64,000 nucleotides of DNA, taken from Tubiluchus corallicola (taxonomy: Eukaryota > Animalia > Priapulida). Shown here in pieces: positions 45,201 through 54,623 of the stretch. The notes under the pieces are model-generated. The model ran no database searches and was not told the origin of the DNA. It saw nothing but the letters and a program-made list of their open reading frames with translations. Each line of letters begins with the position of its first letter. Position 1 is the first letter of the stretch. The position numbers and the translations under genes are program-made. The DNA lies in the NCBI GenBank assembly GCA_030141605.1, contig JAQGDQ010000008.1:930001-994000 (forward strand). The letters run 5' to 3'.

Positions 45201-48200
45201 AAAAATCAGCAAAATCCGCCTTTTTTGTAGTTTTTCAATATTTTTCCTATCTATATGCTGGATTATAAGTGACAAATCTGTATTCTAAATTTCATGAAAA
45301 CGCACGAACTGAGATAATATCATGAATGACATTATACAAAGGGGGCACTGTTAGAAAAAATTGCCATATCAACACACTTTTTTACTTTCCATAGTAATTC
45401 CGTCCATGTGTAAAAAGTAGACATACTTGGCTTAGGTCGTATATGACAGTAGACATTTAGCCACGTTTAACCTGCATTTTCTGTGACTAGTGCTCTAATT
45501 TCCTAGTAGCAATAGATTCCTTTGCCATGGAAATTGCTAGAAATTTGCGAATTTCATCTTAAATTGGTTTAGTTATGTAGGAATTTTCATATGACTACAA
45601 ATATGAATAATTGCCTCTTCTGTGGATTTCAGGACAGGACATCATGCATGCCCCTAGTACCAAGTCCGACAATGATTCAGGGCATTCTCTACACACTGAA
45701 TCGCTAATGGATACCAGGAAAGACTAAACAATAAGCCCTCTAATAGGAAAGAAGTACCGATTGTTAAGATTGAGAGTCATTGCTAGCGAAAGAATCTGAC
45801 AACACGTGGTATATACATATAAAATAGAAATCCGTTCATTTTTATACATCCGTTCATTTTTTATACTTTTTATATGAATAAGCTTCATGGCTATACATAG
45901 AAGATTATGAATATCAGTACAAAAATGAAAAACTACAAAACTCAATCAGAATTAATTTCTCTAAGTCCTAAATACTGTTCTTATTGTAGCAGCATAATCC
46001 TATCACTGAAGGGTAGTACAAGTAATCAAAATCATAATATCTAAATAATAGGGAAAGAATTATCGATGCAGGTAGATTATCGCTAGAAGATAGATACAGA
46101 AATATAGACAAATATATCATGGGGAAAGTGATAAAGTGAAAATCTTACAGTCTAAACATGAGACAATATAAGCGTATAGGCCGCTTCTAGGGGGATGGCG
46201 GTGATATTTAGCTCAGAAAATTTTTCTTCGCCCAAAATTTATTTGTGGCACAAAATCGATACTTCTGACAAAAAATATTAATAGTGTGATTGAATGATTG
46301 CGCCAATGGCACAAAAATTTTCCATGTTTTACAGTCAAAAAATCACCAGACAAATGATATCAAGTCTGTCCCATATTTTTTGGGCATTCGCTCAGATTTA
46401 GGGCAATTTTCTTTGTGACCTGGCTTGTACGCCTATGTAAGACAATGAGTAATAACTAGGTAATAACCTGTACATAACATTTACAAAGCATAGAAAATAA
46501 ACAGTACATAAAACATTTTTCAGTCCTTGCAAGAAGCAATTTCCATTCCGTAGATATTTCATTTTTTTAAGATTGGAAGCGCTCTAAATGCGGTCCAGTG
46601 TCTTTAGTACAGGCTAATAGATTCACAATATTCGTTTCGTGTGGATAACTAGTCAGAATACCGCATTTAAAGCTGGTAAACAGCCCAGAAAACGAACATT
46701 TTAGTTCAGCAGTGGTCGCTATCTTGAATGATGGAGTCCAATCCTGTCGGTAGTTTAACCAATGTGCTGGCCAGGCCCCTAGCTGCCAAAGATGAATATT
46801 TGTGACGTTCTGAAGTATTTTGACAAGATCTGACAACTCATGTTTATCTACACGAAGCTTTTTGATGAACGTTGTTACCTATATTTTCACCCTGATATAT
46901 GCCTCTTTCAGGGGTCTTTTACAATAGGGTGGAAATTCGCTCCATCGAAATTGTCACTGCAGCATAGTGGGATGGGATGCTCTATTCACATACATATCGA
47001 TATTTTTGTCCCCGCCCCGCAGTGGGGGAGATATAAGACTTTGAAATGACTGAGTATTTGCATCTTGTGCGTAATGCGAGCTTAAAGACCCCCAGTAGAG
47101 CCGAAAGAGGGGGGTTTGGGACAAAAGTCGAAAAGTCATTTTGAAGAAGATAACAAGATCCAATACTGTGCAGAGTCAGATCTATTCAAACTCAGTAGTT
47201 GCTGCATGACTAATCCTTTTTTCATGAAAATCGGCCTATGCCGTACCTCTGCTACTATGAGGAGTTGGGCCAAGCAGATTCACATAGTGAATACTAGTGA
47301 CTAGTGGACCTCATACCCGAACTTTGATCTGAATCGGTTTACCTAACCTTGTGCCGGAATTTTTCGATTTTGCATGGTGTTCTCGCGGACGCATTCTTAA
47401 ATGGTTACATAAGGATAAAATTCATAGTTACACAAAGCAGATACTTAATGAGATTGCAAGTTTGAGTCTTTCATTTGCTTCTTGTTTATTGTACAACCAA
47501 CAGAAGAAAAAATCTCAAACAATCAAATTTATTAGCTTTTGTGAACATTTAAGTTGTTAGTACAGCACTTAATAAATGTAAGCATGCAAACAAAATAACT
47601 CACTGTTGACTCAGCATTATATGGAATCACGAAAACCTTTCCAGCCATTGTTAGAACCAGCAAACACTTCTCCGATGCACATACATGCTGAATGGAAAGC
47701 TCAGAAAGCACATCGTGCATTGCTAAACCATCGGCACTGCTGCCGCTCCAGATTAGAGCACCCCACCATAGAACCTCTTGAGAGAGAACAGAGTTCCTTG
47801 CCTAAGAAGATATGACATTATCAATACCAGATAGGCCTCACTGGCTAAGTCATCTCATTGCTGTGTGTCACAATCAAGTGGACGTAATGAGTGAATAGAC
47901 AATGGTCAACCAAAACACACTACTGAGTAAAGGCTGATCACAGAAAAGATAATATTGCTGTTAAGCTAAAGAAATAGCACAAAGAAACTGTTTCCATAAA
48001 AAACCTGCATATACTAATCAAATAAACTAAAAACATTTTCTGTTAACAGTAAACATTGATCAATTTTAAGAAAGTCAAACTAAAATTATGCTATCTTTAA
48101 CTGCTAGCCAAATAAACCCAAAAAGGTAAAATGTAACATACATGAAGAAAAATTAATATTGATAAATGATCACTACCTTCAAACCAAAAAACAAGTTTCT

Positions 48201-51200
48201 CCAGCTTTGACAAAGCAAAGAGCACAAAAACGTAATTTATAAAACACGAACCTTCTGAGGATCGGTGCTTGATAAGAAAGGTTTAGCTAGACGATCAAGA
48301 TGCGACATGATGATTACAGCAGACTGACGTAAATCCACGGTCAGATCATCATCATCTGGTAGGTGGAGGTACCTCAGGAAGCATTCGGTAGGACTTAAAC
48401 AACGACCAACCTAAACAACAATAAGAAGATGCAGAATTACTTTCATATATTAAAATGTCATTTACCTTCCAAAGCAACAAGAACAATGCAATTACAAGCT
48501 TGTGCGGCTTGACCCTAAGAGCAGCTAGCAGAACTAAACTGAACTGACATTCGGTTTCAGATTCTATTCCTTCAACATACACAATTCATCTAGGAAAATA
48601 GATAGACAGATAAAATTTTATTTAAAGTTGAATTTCATAAAATGAATAAACACAAGCTGGATCAACTCCCACAACCAACAATATGGGCAATATAGAAAAC
48701 ATTTAACATGATGCAATCTCTTGACAAGCTCAACCAATAAATAGTTGCTTTCGAATTTTGCTGACTTCGCATATGCAAACTTGAATTACAGCAACTTTAA
48801 TAGTGATACAGAACAACATTGTTAATCTATGGTTACACTTGTAAGTTCCGAGTGCAACTCCAAAAGCTGCAATTCTTCTCGGAATCAATGTTATTTCAAG
48901 TTTCACACAAATTTTCAGAATATTTTAAACCAAACTGTTAAAATTTATTTTGAACTTATTCACGTTAAGAACAAACACTTTCACTTCAAAGACAAAGCTA
49001 ACTTGTGAATACAATACAAAGGAACACAGAAAAGAAAAAAATAACAGCATTGTATAACTTGTCTACACGGGCTCGTTTTCTAGTCTCGCCTAATTTACCT
49101 GACAAAGAAATAAAAGGGCAAAGAAAACACTCTTCACAAGTACAGCTTAAAAACTTCAACTTGAGATTTTGCATCACTTACATGCTGTCTTGTTGCATAC
49201 AGGGCTTGCGTAACTTAACAGCAAGTCGCTTGAAACAATTTTTGGTAACATGGCTTAAAGTTTTGAAAAACTAATCACAGCATCAGTAACACTACCTTCA
49301 CTGGCTAAGCAAAAAGTATAAGTTACTTTATGTTGCCATTAAGATTAGTAATATGTTTTTTGGTGAATGCTGGGATCATGATACAGTACCACTTTACTAG
49401 TTGGCAAGAACATTATTAAGAATCTTCTTTTCCAATTACATAAGTCTTTCAAACGGGTAAGAATACTGCTCAGTAATATACATTTGTAACATAAGTTTTA
49501 TGGAACATTTAAGTTTTTCCTTTTCTTCACCTTTAAATGTCAAAAAGCCAACAACAAAACAATAAAACCAAAATTAGGCAATATGGCATATACTAGGTCG
49601 GAGAATGTGAATTACTATAATATACAAACATCAAAGCTGTCATTATCTCGAGCCTTGCTATACTCGGGCAATGTCAAGTTTTGGAACCGCCTCAGCAATG
49701 GCATTAGAGGTGCACTCATTCCCTGCGCCACTACACGATTGTCAATTTCACATTTCCCGCTCTCCCACAGGTGGACGAGTAACAGTACAGCTTCCAGAAT
49801 GTAATGCAACTTGCCATATTGCACTGCCAATTCCAATAGTATAGCCAGCGAAGTATGTTGCTCTGTTACTGGAACCACAATCCCGCTAGCCATTCCGCTG
49901 CTATCGTCACTAGCAAAACAATTATTTGTCTGTTAGTATATTGAAAGCACACCCACAAGCGTGCATGCAACTGCGCACAAACACATTAAGGTTCAACATT
50001 TTGAATTCAAATCAAATTCAATCGGTACTTCGGGAAATTGATGTTCTCGCATTAAACGTGGCAAGCTAAATATTTAGCAATATTTTGGTAAAAAAGCTTG
50101 GCAAAAGTCTCAACATTTCAAAATTTATTGATGCTTATAAACTGACAAACTTGAATGGAATTATCCACTGCATTTAAATTCTTAGTTATAATATTCTCTT
50201 TGGTTAAGTAACTCAATAAAACTCAGTTTTATTAATATTAGAAGTTATAAGGAATCAAGAGCATTGAAACTAAAACAGAATTCGAATTGAATGTACAAAG
50301 AGGAGCCTTAAAACACACATTACTGTCACATGCATATGATTAATTTTCAAGTCTTATTACCACTGTAAATGTAAATATACATAAAAAATAATAACAGTGC
50401 TTTGACTCCAGGTTTCAGATCTAGAGCACCTAATGTCTCAAGCAACTACATGTAATTACTACATCACCATGATTAGAGTTATTTATTCTAATACTATCTT
50501 CAATTGCTAAGGAGCAGCCTTACACCTATATACAAATGTATTTGGCTTTACACCTCTTGATACTCAACCTATGCTCAAGCTTGCCTATCGCAGAATGCAT
50601 TTTTCTTTCATAGAACCAACTGAATTTAACAGAAGCCAAGTCAACCAGTAAGCCAAAACACTCGAAATCTGGTGCATGACAAAATGAGCTAACTAAACCG
50701 AGCCGAATCTAATAAATAAGTCTACAGATTGCTTAAAATCATAAGTACAATGTACAAAATATAAGTATTGTGAACACACACAGTAGTTAACCATCAAATA
50801 CAAATACAGATAGCCACAAGGACATAAGCATGTGCTTCAGACTTTTTAAAGGCACTTTTTTCAGTTACAAACAAAGATAAGAGTGTTTCTTATGAAACAT
50901 GAAATTACTGAAAACATCGCTCAGAGGAATACAATATTCACAAGTTAACGTGGCATAGGTGTTGGAGTTCTAGTATAGTAGGTGGCTTTGTGATGAAGTG
51001 TGTAAAAGAGCAACACATAACATGACCATAACTTATAAAAGCAAACAAAAGTTTCTATGTTCCTTGTCAGCATTAAAATCAAACCATTAATGAGATACTT
51101 ACCCCATTACAACACCGCGCAAAAATTTAGAAGCACGTCTGACGACTTCCAGCCACACAGGAGATACAGCATTTTCGTCGAATAATGTCGCCTCGGGAAG

Positions 51201-54200
51201 CGTACGGAGTGCATCCAATGATTCCGTAAGCAGTTCATTGCACAGATCGGTATCTTCACCAGATCTCCAAGCTCGACGCAGGAAAGCAAACGCAAAACTG
51301 AGAGCCGCCCGAGAACCTACTCTAGCTAGACTCAGAGTTGCTGCTTCTATTGGATGTTGTTGCCTATAAACAAAGAATGCGTTACATATTACTGACAAAC
51401 AAGCCTTATCCAGAGGAATTATAAATCCACCCAGCAGTCGCCCAGGACTTGACTGTAGGAACTGCGTAGAAAGAGTATTGAGCCAGGTGGCCACCTAGAC
51501 AGTCACTGGCGAGACTCAGTGTTGGTTGCTTTGGATGGAGCACACAAACTATCACTGACAGTTACGGGATCCAATGGCTTTATGTCTCCTCTGTGTGGTA
51601 ATTAGTGATGTTCTCTTATCAAGCTATATTACATGAATGTGTTTTAGAAAGTAAAAAAAAAACTATGTATATGTTTACAGTTAGTATAACAAATTAAAAA
51701 GCTAATCTACATACATGTTTAGAGCTAGTATAACACATACTACCGCCTTTAAAATTTGAAAACCTCCCACGCATTAGCATTTTTCTGATATTAGAATAAC
51801 CACACTAAATGACAATACTTCTTTGAAGCTCTAGTATTTGCATCATCCAGCAGTTTCTTCCTTGTAGGCGATCTTGTTTCAGACGGCGACTGTCGTGAGA
51901 GTGCCAAGAAATAACGATGAAGTATAACTAATCTCTGTTTTAATCGCTGCAATGACAGGGTGCTGCTAGCGGCTTCCTTAGACAATAATCTCTGTTCGCT
52001 AATTAGTGACTGCAAACATTCTGATATCTTGTTATGATCTGAAAAGAACAACATGTAAGAAAACATGACAAACAAAAAATTAACAGGCATTTTGTCTGTA
52101 AAATTATAACTGAGTCATAATGATAAAAATATAAGCAAAAGTTTCACCAGCTTAGTATAGAGAAAATCATAATTCAGTTAGAAACAGTCAGCAACAGAAG
52201 CAGTTTTTCCAGTTGCTGTCTAGACTTGATGCTGCTTTCTTATTTAAGTGCCTACCATGCCTGCTCAGCAATTCCAAGGTTTATCCAAACTAATAGCTGA
52301 TGCAAGTGACATAACTTAACAACAGCACAATTCTACAGATGCACCAATTTTAGACCATCTTTTACAACTAAAAAGTAGCACTTTCCGTGTCTTAATTGCA
52401 ACACTAAAACAATGCTATTCCTCACCTGTCTATTAACAATTTTTAAATATATTCGACACTCCATAGAGCAGACTAAATTTTAATGGTGAGATTGGAACCC
52501 GACTCTTTATCAAGGCAGTGCCTCTAACAATGCCTCTAACAAAAGCCACTGAAACAACGGCTGTATCTTAATGGTGTTCGTCTCCTCCGCCTATGTGAGG
52601 AACACAGCTAGAATCAGTGTAGGAATGAAACTGCCCACAGGAAGTATCACACTGGTTCATTAATTCACCAGCCTCAGTTAAAAACTCATTCTTATGTTCA
52701 ATAACTCCTAAATTTATGTAATAAATTTAAGTTTAACATAAAACTTCTAAGAAGAACACAAAATCACCTGGTTGCTCTCCCCAAGTCCATGACTCAATCA
52801 GCTGTTTAGACAGTAATTGCTGTTTCCCATCTTCCTCTTGTTCTTTCTCGGCTTTGTCCAGCTTCTGACAAGATGCACAATTGCAGCCGTTGTTGGGGCC
52901 GCAGACACCATTGCAACATAAGCAATTTAGAATTGCTGTGCCACAATAATACTTGCCAGTTTCTCCTGTTAAGATGCAAATCAATGTTTTATTGTTTTAG
53001 TCAACAATGTTCCTGTAAGATGCGCGTATAATTTTCTGCTTCACATATAATATTGTTTGTTTAATACAAGTTTTACTGAAGGTTTTTACACCAAACACTA
53101 TACAATAGCAGCAAAAACAAAAGATTACATTATACAGCACGTAAAAATAAAGCCTGGTCTCACACGGGAGTGAAACACAAAAAGATAGTGACATGCAACA
53201 ACCATTAGTAAAGAAAGGGTAATAAAGCAGGTATTTTTAATTACTTCTATTAAAGCTGTTTGGCGTGCAGAGGCTGCTTTTCCACCAAAGGGAAAGAATT
53301 CTATATTTCAAACACAATAGAAGGTTACAAAAAGTGCCTGCAATTTGTCGGCCCAATTAGTTACCGACAGAAGACACCACCAAGACAGTGACTGGTAAAA
53401 AGCTGAAAAACATCCAGACAAACCTGCAGAAATTGGTTCAAAAACAGTGCAAAGTACAGAAGCATATATTATAAGAACATAACAGCTGGCAGTGAAAAGA
53501 TTAATAGAATATGTTTTATGAATAGAAAACCTGTAATATTTAGATTAAATTAATCAGCCAGTTTGTCAGTTTTATAGGCAAATTACTGGTCACTGGTACA
53601 AATATGCACAATGATGTAACAATTAAAATTATTATATATTTTACAAATTGTTTGGTGACATCTAGTATCATTATAAAAAGCACAAACATAGATGAGAACA
53701 TTCTACCATGAAATTTTGTTGGGAACTGACATAACTGAGCATTTACATAAAGCACTCATTCGGACGCAACATCTATGTTGGTTTGTCAGTTAGTTTGTAT
53801 ACCTCTACCTAACAGTTCCAGAAATAGGCTTCTAATTTTTGCATCAGCTATCACCTTGTCGGTTTTTATCTGTTATATTAATTACAAATAGGAGAATAAA
53901 AAAGCTTGAAAATTACAAAACAATATCAGGAATGTACGGCAAGTTGTCAAGATGTTGACCCTGGACAAGTGCAAAAATGGTCCTGCGCTTAGATTTTCAC
54001 AAAGCGACATCAGCACCTATGCCACTTGTGACTCTGCAGTTTACAAGCAAGCACACATGCAGCGAACACAAGATTAACTAAGGTAGAGTTACCGAGATCA
54101 AGACCTTAAACAATCAGTTTCAGATGCTAAAAAAAGCTCTACAGAAATTTTCAGTTTTTTGTAACAGGCTCTCAAGTATGTCTAACATAAGCAACAAATT

Positions 54201-54623
54201 TTGTCAGTAAGTATAGAAAAGAAAATACAATATAGATCACCCTTTTTAGCAGGAAATCCAGCATTGTTAAGAACAATGTAATCGGCACTAACAGCAATTT
54301 CACCATCTTTAACTAATTCATTCCACAACTGACAATGTCCGTCTCTCCTAAATGCAACCTGCAATAAATTCTTTACTCAGTAAAAAAAACCAGTAGAGCT
54401 AAAAGATTGATACATTGCCAAGAAAAAGAACTTATATCAGAACAATGCCATGTGCTAAAGCTTGTTATGGTCAGTGCTACTAGTTAAAAATTAAACAATA
54501 ATTATTAACGACATAAGTCCAATAACAGCAAAGCTTAAGTACCTGGATGTCAGCTTTAATCCATTTGTCATCCAAGCGACCCTGAGGACGCAGCGTTGTA
54601 CTTGGCATCCAAACATTTGCCAT
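14..54623 (-). CDS. HERC2: E3 ubiquitin-protein ligase HERC2, 5' portion (51 coding exons, about 2950 aa; gene continues beyond position 1)
   Basis: Spliced translation is colinear with remembered human HERC2 from [12 protein letters not shown] through RLD1, b5-like, MIB-HERC2, CPH and ZZ to DOC (WQSHGSQGK). All 50 internal introns are GT-AG with matching phases. Confidence 0.97.
433..700. repeat. Old SINE-like interspersed repeat (copies also at about 23900-24050 and, inverted, about 30135-30240)
   Basis: Shared core CTACTTGATGTAG...ATAATTCTCTAAGATGAG(A/G)CACTG in three introns. Confidence 0.55.
916..1049 (-). CDS. HERC2: HERC2 coding exon 50 (ZZ zinc finger)
   Basis: [38 protein letters not shown]; phase 2-1. 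Confidence 0.94.
2184..2258 (-). pseudogene. tRNA-derived pseudogene or SINE head
   Basis: GGCCTAGTGGTTAAGG (A box), TCTGC-AACGTAA-GCAGA anticodon-like arm, duplicated GTCCCTG, GATTCAAATCC (B-box-like), then T-run; acceptor stem not intact. Confidence 0.55.
2575..2683 (-). CDS. HERC2: HERC2 coding exon 49
   Basis: [34 protein letters not shown]; phase 1-2. Confidence 0.94.
3435..3542 (-). CDS. HERC2: HERC2 coding exon 48
   Basis: [25 protein letters not shown]; phase 1-1. Confidence 0.94.
3912..4026 (-). CDS. HERC2: HERC2 coding exon 47 (CPH domain)
   Basis: [31 protein letters not shown]; phase 0-1. Confidence 0.94.
4372..4536 (-). CDS. HERC2: HERC2 coding exon 46 (CPH domain)
   Basis: [30 protein letters not shown]; tandem CAGCAG acceptor; phase 0-0. 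Confidence 0.93.
5026..5195 (-). CDS. HERC2: HERC2 coding exon 45
   Basis: [13 protein letters not shown] followed by acidic stretch; phase 1-0. Confidence 0.92.
5543..5849 (-). CDS. HERC2: HERC2 coding exon 44 (UBA-like start)
   Basis: AALAVCQFL...[17 protein letters not shown]; phase 0-1. Confidence 0.92.
6294..6568 (-). CDS. HERC2: HERC2 coding exon 43
   Basis: [26 protein letters not shown]; phase 1-0. Confidence 0.88.
7137..7250 (-). CDS. HERC2: HERC2 coding exon 42
   Basis: [24 protein letters not shown]; phase 1-1. Confidence 0.9.
7845..7998 (-). CDS. HERC2: HERC2 coding exon 41
   Basis: [24 protein letters not shown]; phase 0-1. Confidence 0.88.
8618..8842 (-). CDS. HERC2: HERC2 coding exon 40
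   Basis: [17 protein letters not shown]...GTIARI; phase 0-0. Confidence 0.9.
10229..10422 (-). CDS. HERC2: HERC2 coding exon 39
   Basis: [21 protein letters not shown]; phase 1-0. Confidence 0.92.
10732..11480 (+). mobile_element. Internally deleted Tc1/mariner-superfamily element with transposase C-terminal remnant
   Basis: Imperfect TIRs with TA flanks; frameshifted remnants [17 protein letters not shown] (SPDLNPLDY-W-like) and [10 protein letters not shown]. Confidence 0.75.
11662..11812 (-). CDS. HERC2: HERC2 coding exon 38
   Basis: [15 protein letters not shown]...IERLFKILG; phase 0-1. Confidence 0.92.
12783..13520. mobile_element. hAT-like non-autonomous element
   Basis: TIRs TAGGGAGGTCACGA / revcomp TAGTGATGTCACGA; 8-bp TSD ATTTATAC/ATTTGTAC; subterminal GAATC/GATTC repeats. 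Confidence 0.72.
13584..13777 (-). CDS. HERC2: HERC2 coding exon 37
   Basis: [19 protein letters not shown]; phase 1-0. Confidence 0.93.
14097..14282 (-). CDS. HERC2: HERC2 coding exon 36
   Basis: HPTARI...[10 protein letters not shown]; phase 1-1. Confidence 0.9.
14748..14940 (-). CDS. HERC2: HERC2 coding exon 35 (MIB-HERC2 domain)
   Basis: [46 protein letters not shown]; phase 0-1. Confidence 0.95.
15480..16320 (+). mobile_element. Decayed LINE (L2/Crack/CR1-like) 3' ORF2 remnant
   Basis: Peptide [22 protein letters not shown] resembles the post-RT region of invertebrate LINEs; upstream sequence is frameshifted and degenerate. Confidence 0.5.
16933..17016 (+). repeat. Imperfect (GAT)n microsatellite next to the exon 34 donor
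   Basis: gatgataatgatgatgacgatgac... visible in sequence. Confidence 0.85.
17027..17205 (-). CDS. HERC2: HERC2 coding exon 34 (MIB-HERC2 domain)
   Basis: [27 protein letters not shown]; phase 1-0. Confidence 0.94.
17699..17811 (-). CDS. HERC2: HERC2 coding exon 33
   Basis: [13 protein letters not shown]...[13 protein letters not shown]; phase 2-1. Confidence 0.9.
18316..18525 (-). CDS. HERC2: HERC2 coding exon 32
   Basis: [23 protein letters not shown]; phase 2-2. Confidence 0.88.
18902..19059 (-). CDS. HERC2: HERC2 coding exon 31
   Basis: [15 protein letters not shown]...LLCGW; phase 0-2. Confidence 0.9.
19680..19859 (-). CDS. HERC2: HERC2 coding exon 30
   Basis: [12 protein letters not shown]...[12 protein letters not shown]; phase 0-0. 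Confidence 0.92.
20238..20434 (-). CDS. HERC2: HERC2 coding exon 29 (acidic low-complexity linker)
   Basis: [19 protein letters not shown]...; open frame, tag/gt, phase 1-0 bridges exons 28 and 30. Confidence 0.85.
20678..20873 (-). CDS. HERC2: HERC2 coding exon 28
   Basis: [29 protein letters not shown]; phase 0-1. Confidence 0.93.
20935..22105 (-). mobile_element. Tigger/pogo-like deleted DNA transposon with N-terminal HTH remnant
   Basis: TIRs CAGTAGGCACCGCTTAA / revcomp CAGTAGGCTGCGCTTAA; TA TSD; minus-strand remnant [42 protein letters not shown] at about 21440-21590. Confidence 0.8.
22466..22661 (-). CDS. HERC2: HERC2 coding exon 27 (poly-His insert)
   Basis: LLKHHDL...[33 protein letters not shown]; phase 2-0. 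Confidence 0.92.
22886..22986 (-). CDS. HERC2: HERC2 coding exon 26
   Basis: [11 protein letters not shown]...[11 protein letters not shown]; phase 0-2. Confidence 0.92.
24781..25400 (+). repeat. Interspersed repeat copy A (DNA-transposon arm), inverted relative to 55790-56435
   Basis: Colinear similarity over about 600 bp to the reverse complement of 55790-56435 (e.g. GAAGTAGGTTTCAGAAAAA, GTACTCGCGTTAAAAGGAATTT, GAAAGACTTATGTAACTAGAA). Confidence 0.8.
27186..27343 (-). CDS. HERC2: HERC2 coding exon 25
   Basis: SGTTPTEPK...[15 protein letters not shown]; phase 1-0. Confidence 0.88.
27676..27829 (-). CDS. HERC2: HERC2 coding exon 24
   Basis: [19 protein letters not shown]; phase 0-1. Confidence 0.88.
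28834..29036 (-). CDS. HERC2: HERC2 coding exon 23 (cytochrome b5-like, C-half)
   Basis: [21 protein letters not shown]...[20 protein letters not shown]; phase 1-0. Confidence 0.93.
29650..29835 (-). CDS. HERC2: HERC2 coding exon 22 (cytochrome b5-like, N-half)
   Basis: [25 protein letters not shown]; phase 1-1. Confidence 0.92.
30536..30721 (-). CDS. HERC2: HERC2 coding exon 21
   Basis: [11 protein letters not shown]...[18 protein letters not shown]; donor chosen by phase (1-1). Confidence 0.88.
31291..31446 (-). CDS. HERC2: HERC2 coding exon 20
   Basis: [24 protein letters not shown]; phase 1-1. Confidence 0.92.
32269..32447 (-). CDS. HERC2: HERC2 coding exon 19
   Basis: [10 protein letters not shown]...[12 protein letters not shown]; phase 2-1. 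Confidence 0.9.
32966..33446. mobile_element. Tigger-like MITE
   Basis: TIRs CAGTGATACCTCGAGATACGAA / revcomp CAGTGGAACCTCGACTTACGAA; TA on left flank only; TTCGTA subterminal repeats. Confidence 0.72.
33654..33811 (-). CDS. HERC2: HERC2 coding exon 18
   Basis: [10 protein letters not shown]...[11 protein letters not shown]; phase 0-2. Confidence 0.9.
34675..34817 (-). CDS. HERC2: HERC2 coding exon 17
   Basis: [22 protein letters not shown]; phase 1-0. Confidence 0.92.
35455..35689 (-). CDS. HERC2: HERC2 coding exon 16
   Basis: [26 protein letters not shown]; phase 0-1. Confidence 0.9.
36403..36603 (-). CDS. HERC2: HERC2 coding exon 15
   Basis: VPFVIDVC...[21 protein letters not shown]; phase 0-0. 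Confidence 0.93.
38011..38145 (-). CDS. HERC2: HERC2 coding exon 14 (RLD1)
   Basis: [15 protein letters not shown]...ITCGPAQ; aag acceptor, phase 0-0. Confidence 0.9.
38747..38885 (-). CDS. HERC2: HERC2 coding exon 13 (RLD1)
   Basis: [22 protein letters not shown]; phase 2-0. Confidence 0.93.
41100..41271 (-). CDS. HERC2: HERC2 coding exon 12 (RLD1)
   Basis: [24 protein letters not shown]; phase 1-2. Confidence 0.93.
42339..42452 (-). CDS. HERC2: HERC2 coding exon 11 (RLD1)
   Basis: [16 protein letters not shown]...[14 protein letters not shown]; phase 1-1. Confidence 0.93.
42891..43061 (+). repeat. 60-bp tandem repeat, 2 near-identical units plus a diverged third
   Basis: CACTATTTTACACTGAGACAACTTACGCATTTTCAACAT(A/G)TCTGCAGCAGTAATTACAAG at 42891 and 42951, partial at 43011. 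Confidence 0.9.
43357..43499 (-). CDS. HERC2: HERC2 coding exon 10 (RLD1)
   Basis: [16 protein letters not shown]; phase 2-1. Confidence 0.93.
44237..44385 (-). CDS. HERC2: HERC2 coding exon 9 (RLD1)
   Basis: [38 protein letters not shown]; phase 0-2. Confidence 0.92.
44681..47396. mobile_element. Non-autonomous Kolobok-like DNA transposon (about 2.7 kb)
   Basis: 26-bp imperfect TIRs GAACGAGTCCGCGAGAGCACCATGCA / revcomp GAATGCGTCCGCGAGAACACCATGCA, flanked by TTAA on both sides; purine-purine ends fit Kolobok rather than piggyBac; no intact transposase ORF. Confidence 0.8.
46167..46437. mobile_element. hAT-like MITE nested in the Kolobok-like element
   Basis: Termini TATAAGCGTATAGGCC / revcomp CATAGGCGTACAAGCC; 8-bp TSD TGAGACAA/TAAGACAA (1 mismatch). 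Confidence 0.65.
47604..47801 (-). CDS. HERC2: HERC2 coding exon 8 (RLD1 start)
   Basis: [11 protein letters not shown]...[17 protein letters not shown]; phase 0-0. Confidence 0.9.
48252..48410 (-). CDS. HERC2: HERC2 coding exon 7
   Basis: [38 protein letters not shown]; phase 0-0. Confidence 0.92.
49630..49909 (-). CDS. HERC2: HERC2 coding exon 6
   Basis: [24 protein letters not shown]; phase 2-0. Confidence 0.9.
51103..51363 (-). CDS. HERC2: HERC2 coding exon 5
   Basis: [26 protein letters not shown]; phase 2-2. Confidence 0.93.
51819..52038 (-). CDS. HERC2: HERC2 coding exon 4
   Basis: [10 protein letters not shown]...[18 protein letters not shown]; phase 1-2. Confidence 0.9.
52768..52965 (-). 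CDS. HERC2: HERC2 coding exon 3 (Cys-rich motif)
   Basis: [32 protein letters not shown]...[10 protein letters not shown]; phase 1-1. Confidence 0.9.
54241..54358 (-). CDS. HERC2: HERC2 coding exon 2
   Basis: [21 protein letters not shown]; cag/gt, phase 0-1. Confidence 0.9.
54543..54623 (-). CDS. HERC2: HERC2 coding exon 1 (ATG)
   Basis: [27 protein letters not shown]|gt; upstream CAG acceptor at 54654-54656 implies a 5' UTR exon further upstream. Confidence 0.88.

Noticed and set aside
46567-46836. 89-aa ORF inside the Kolobok-like element as a real gene
   Set aside because: Non-ATG start, no recognisable motif, flanked by other short broken frames; kept only as unexplained cargo
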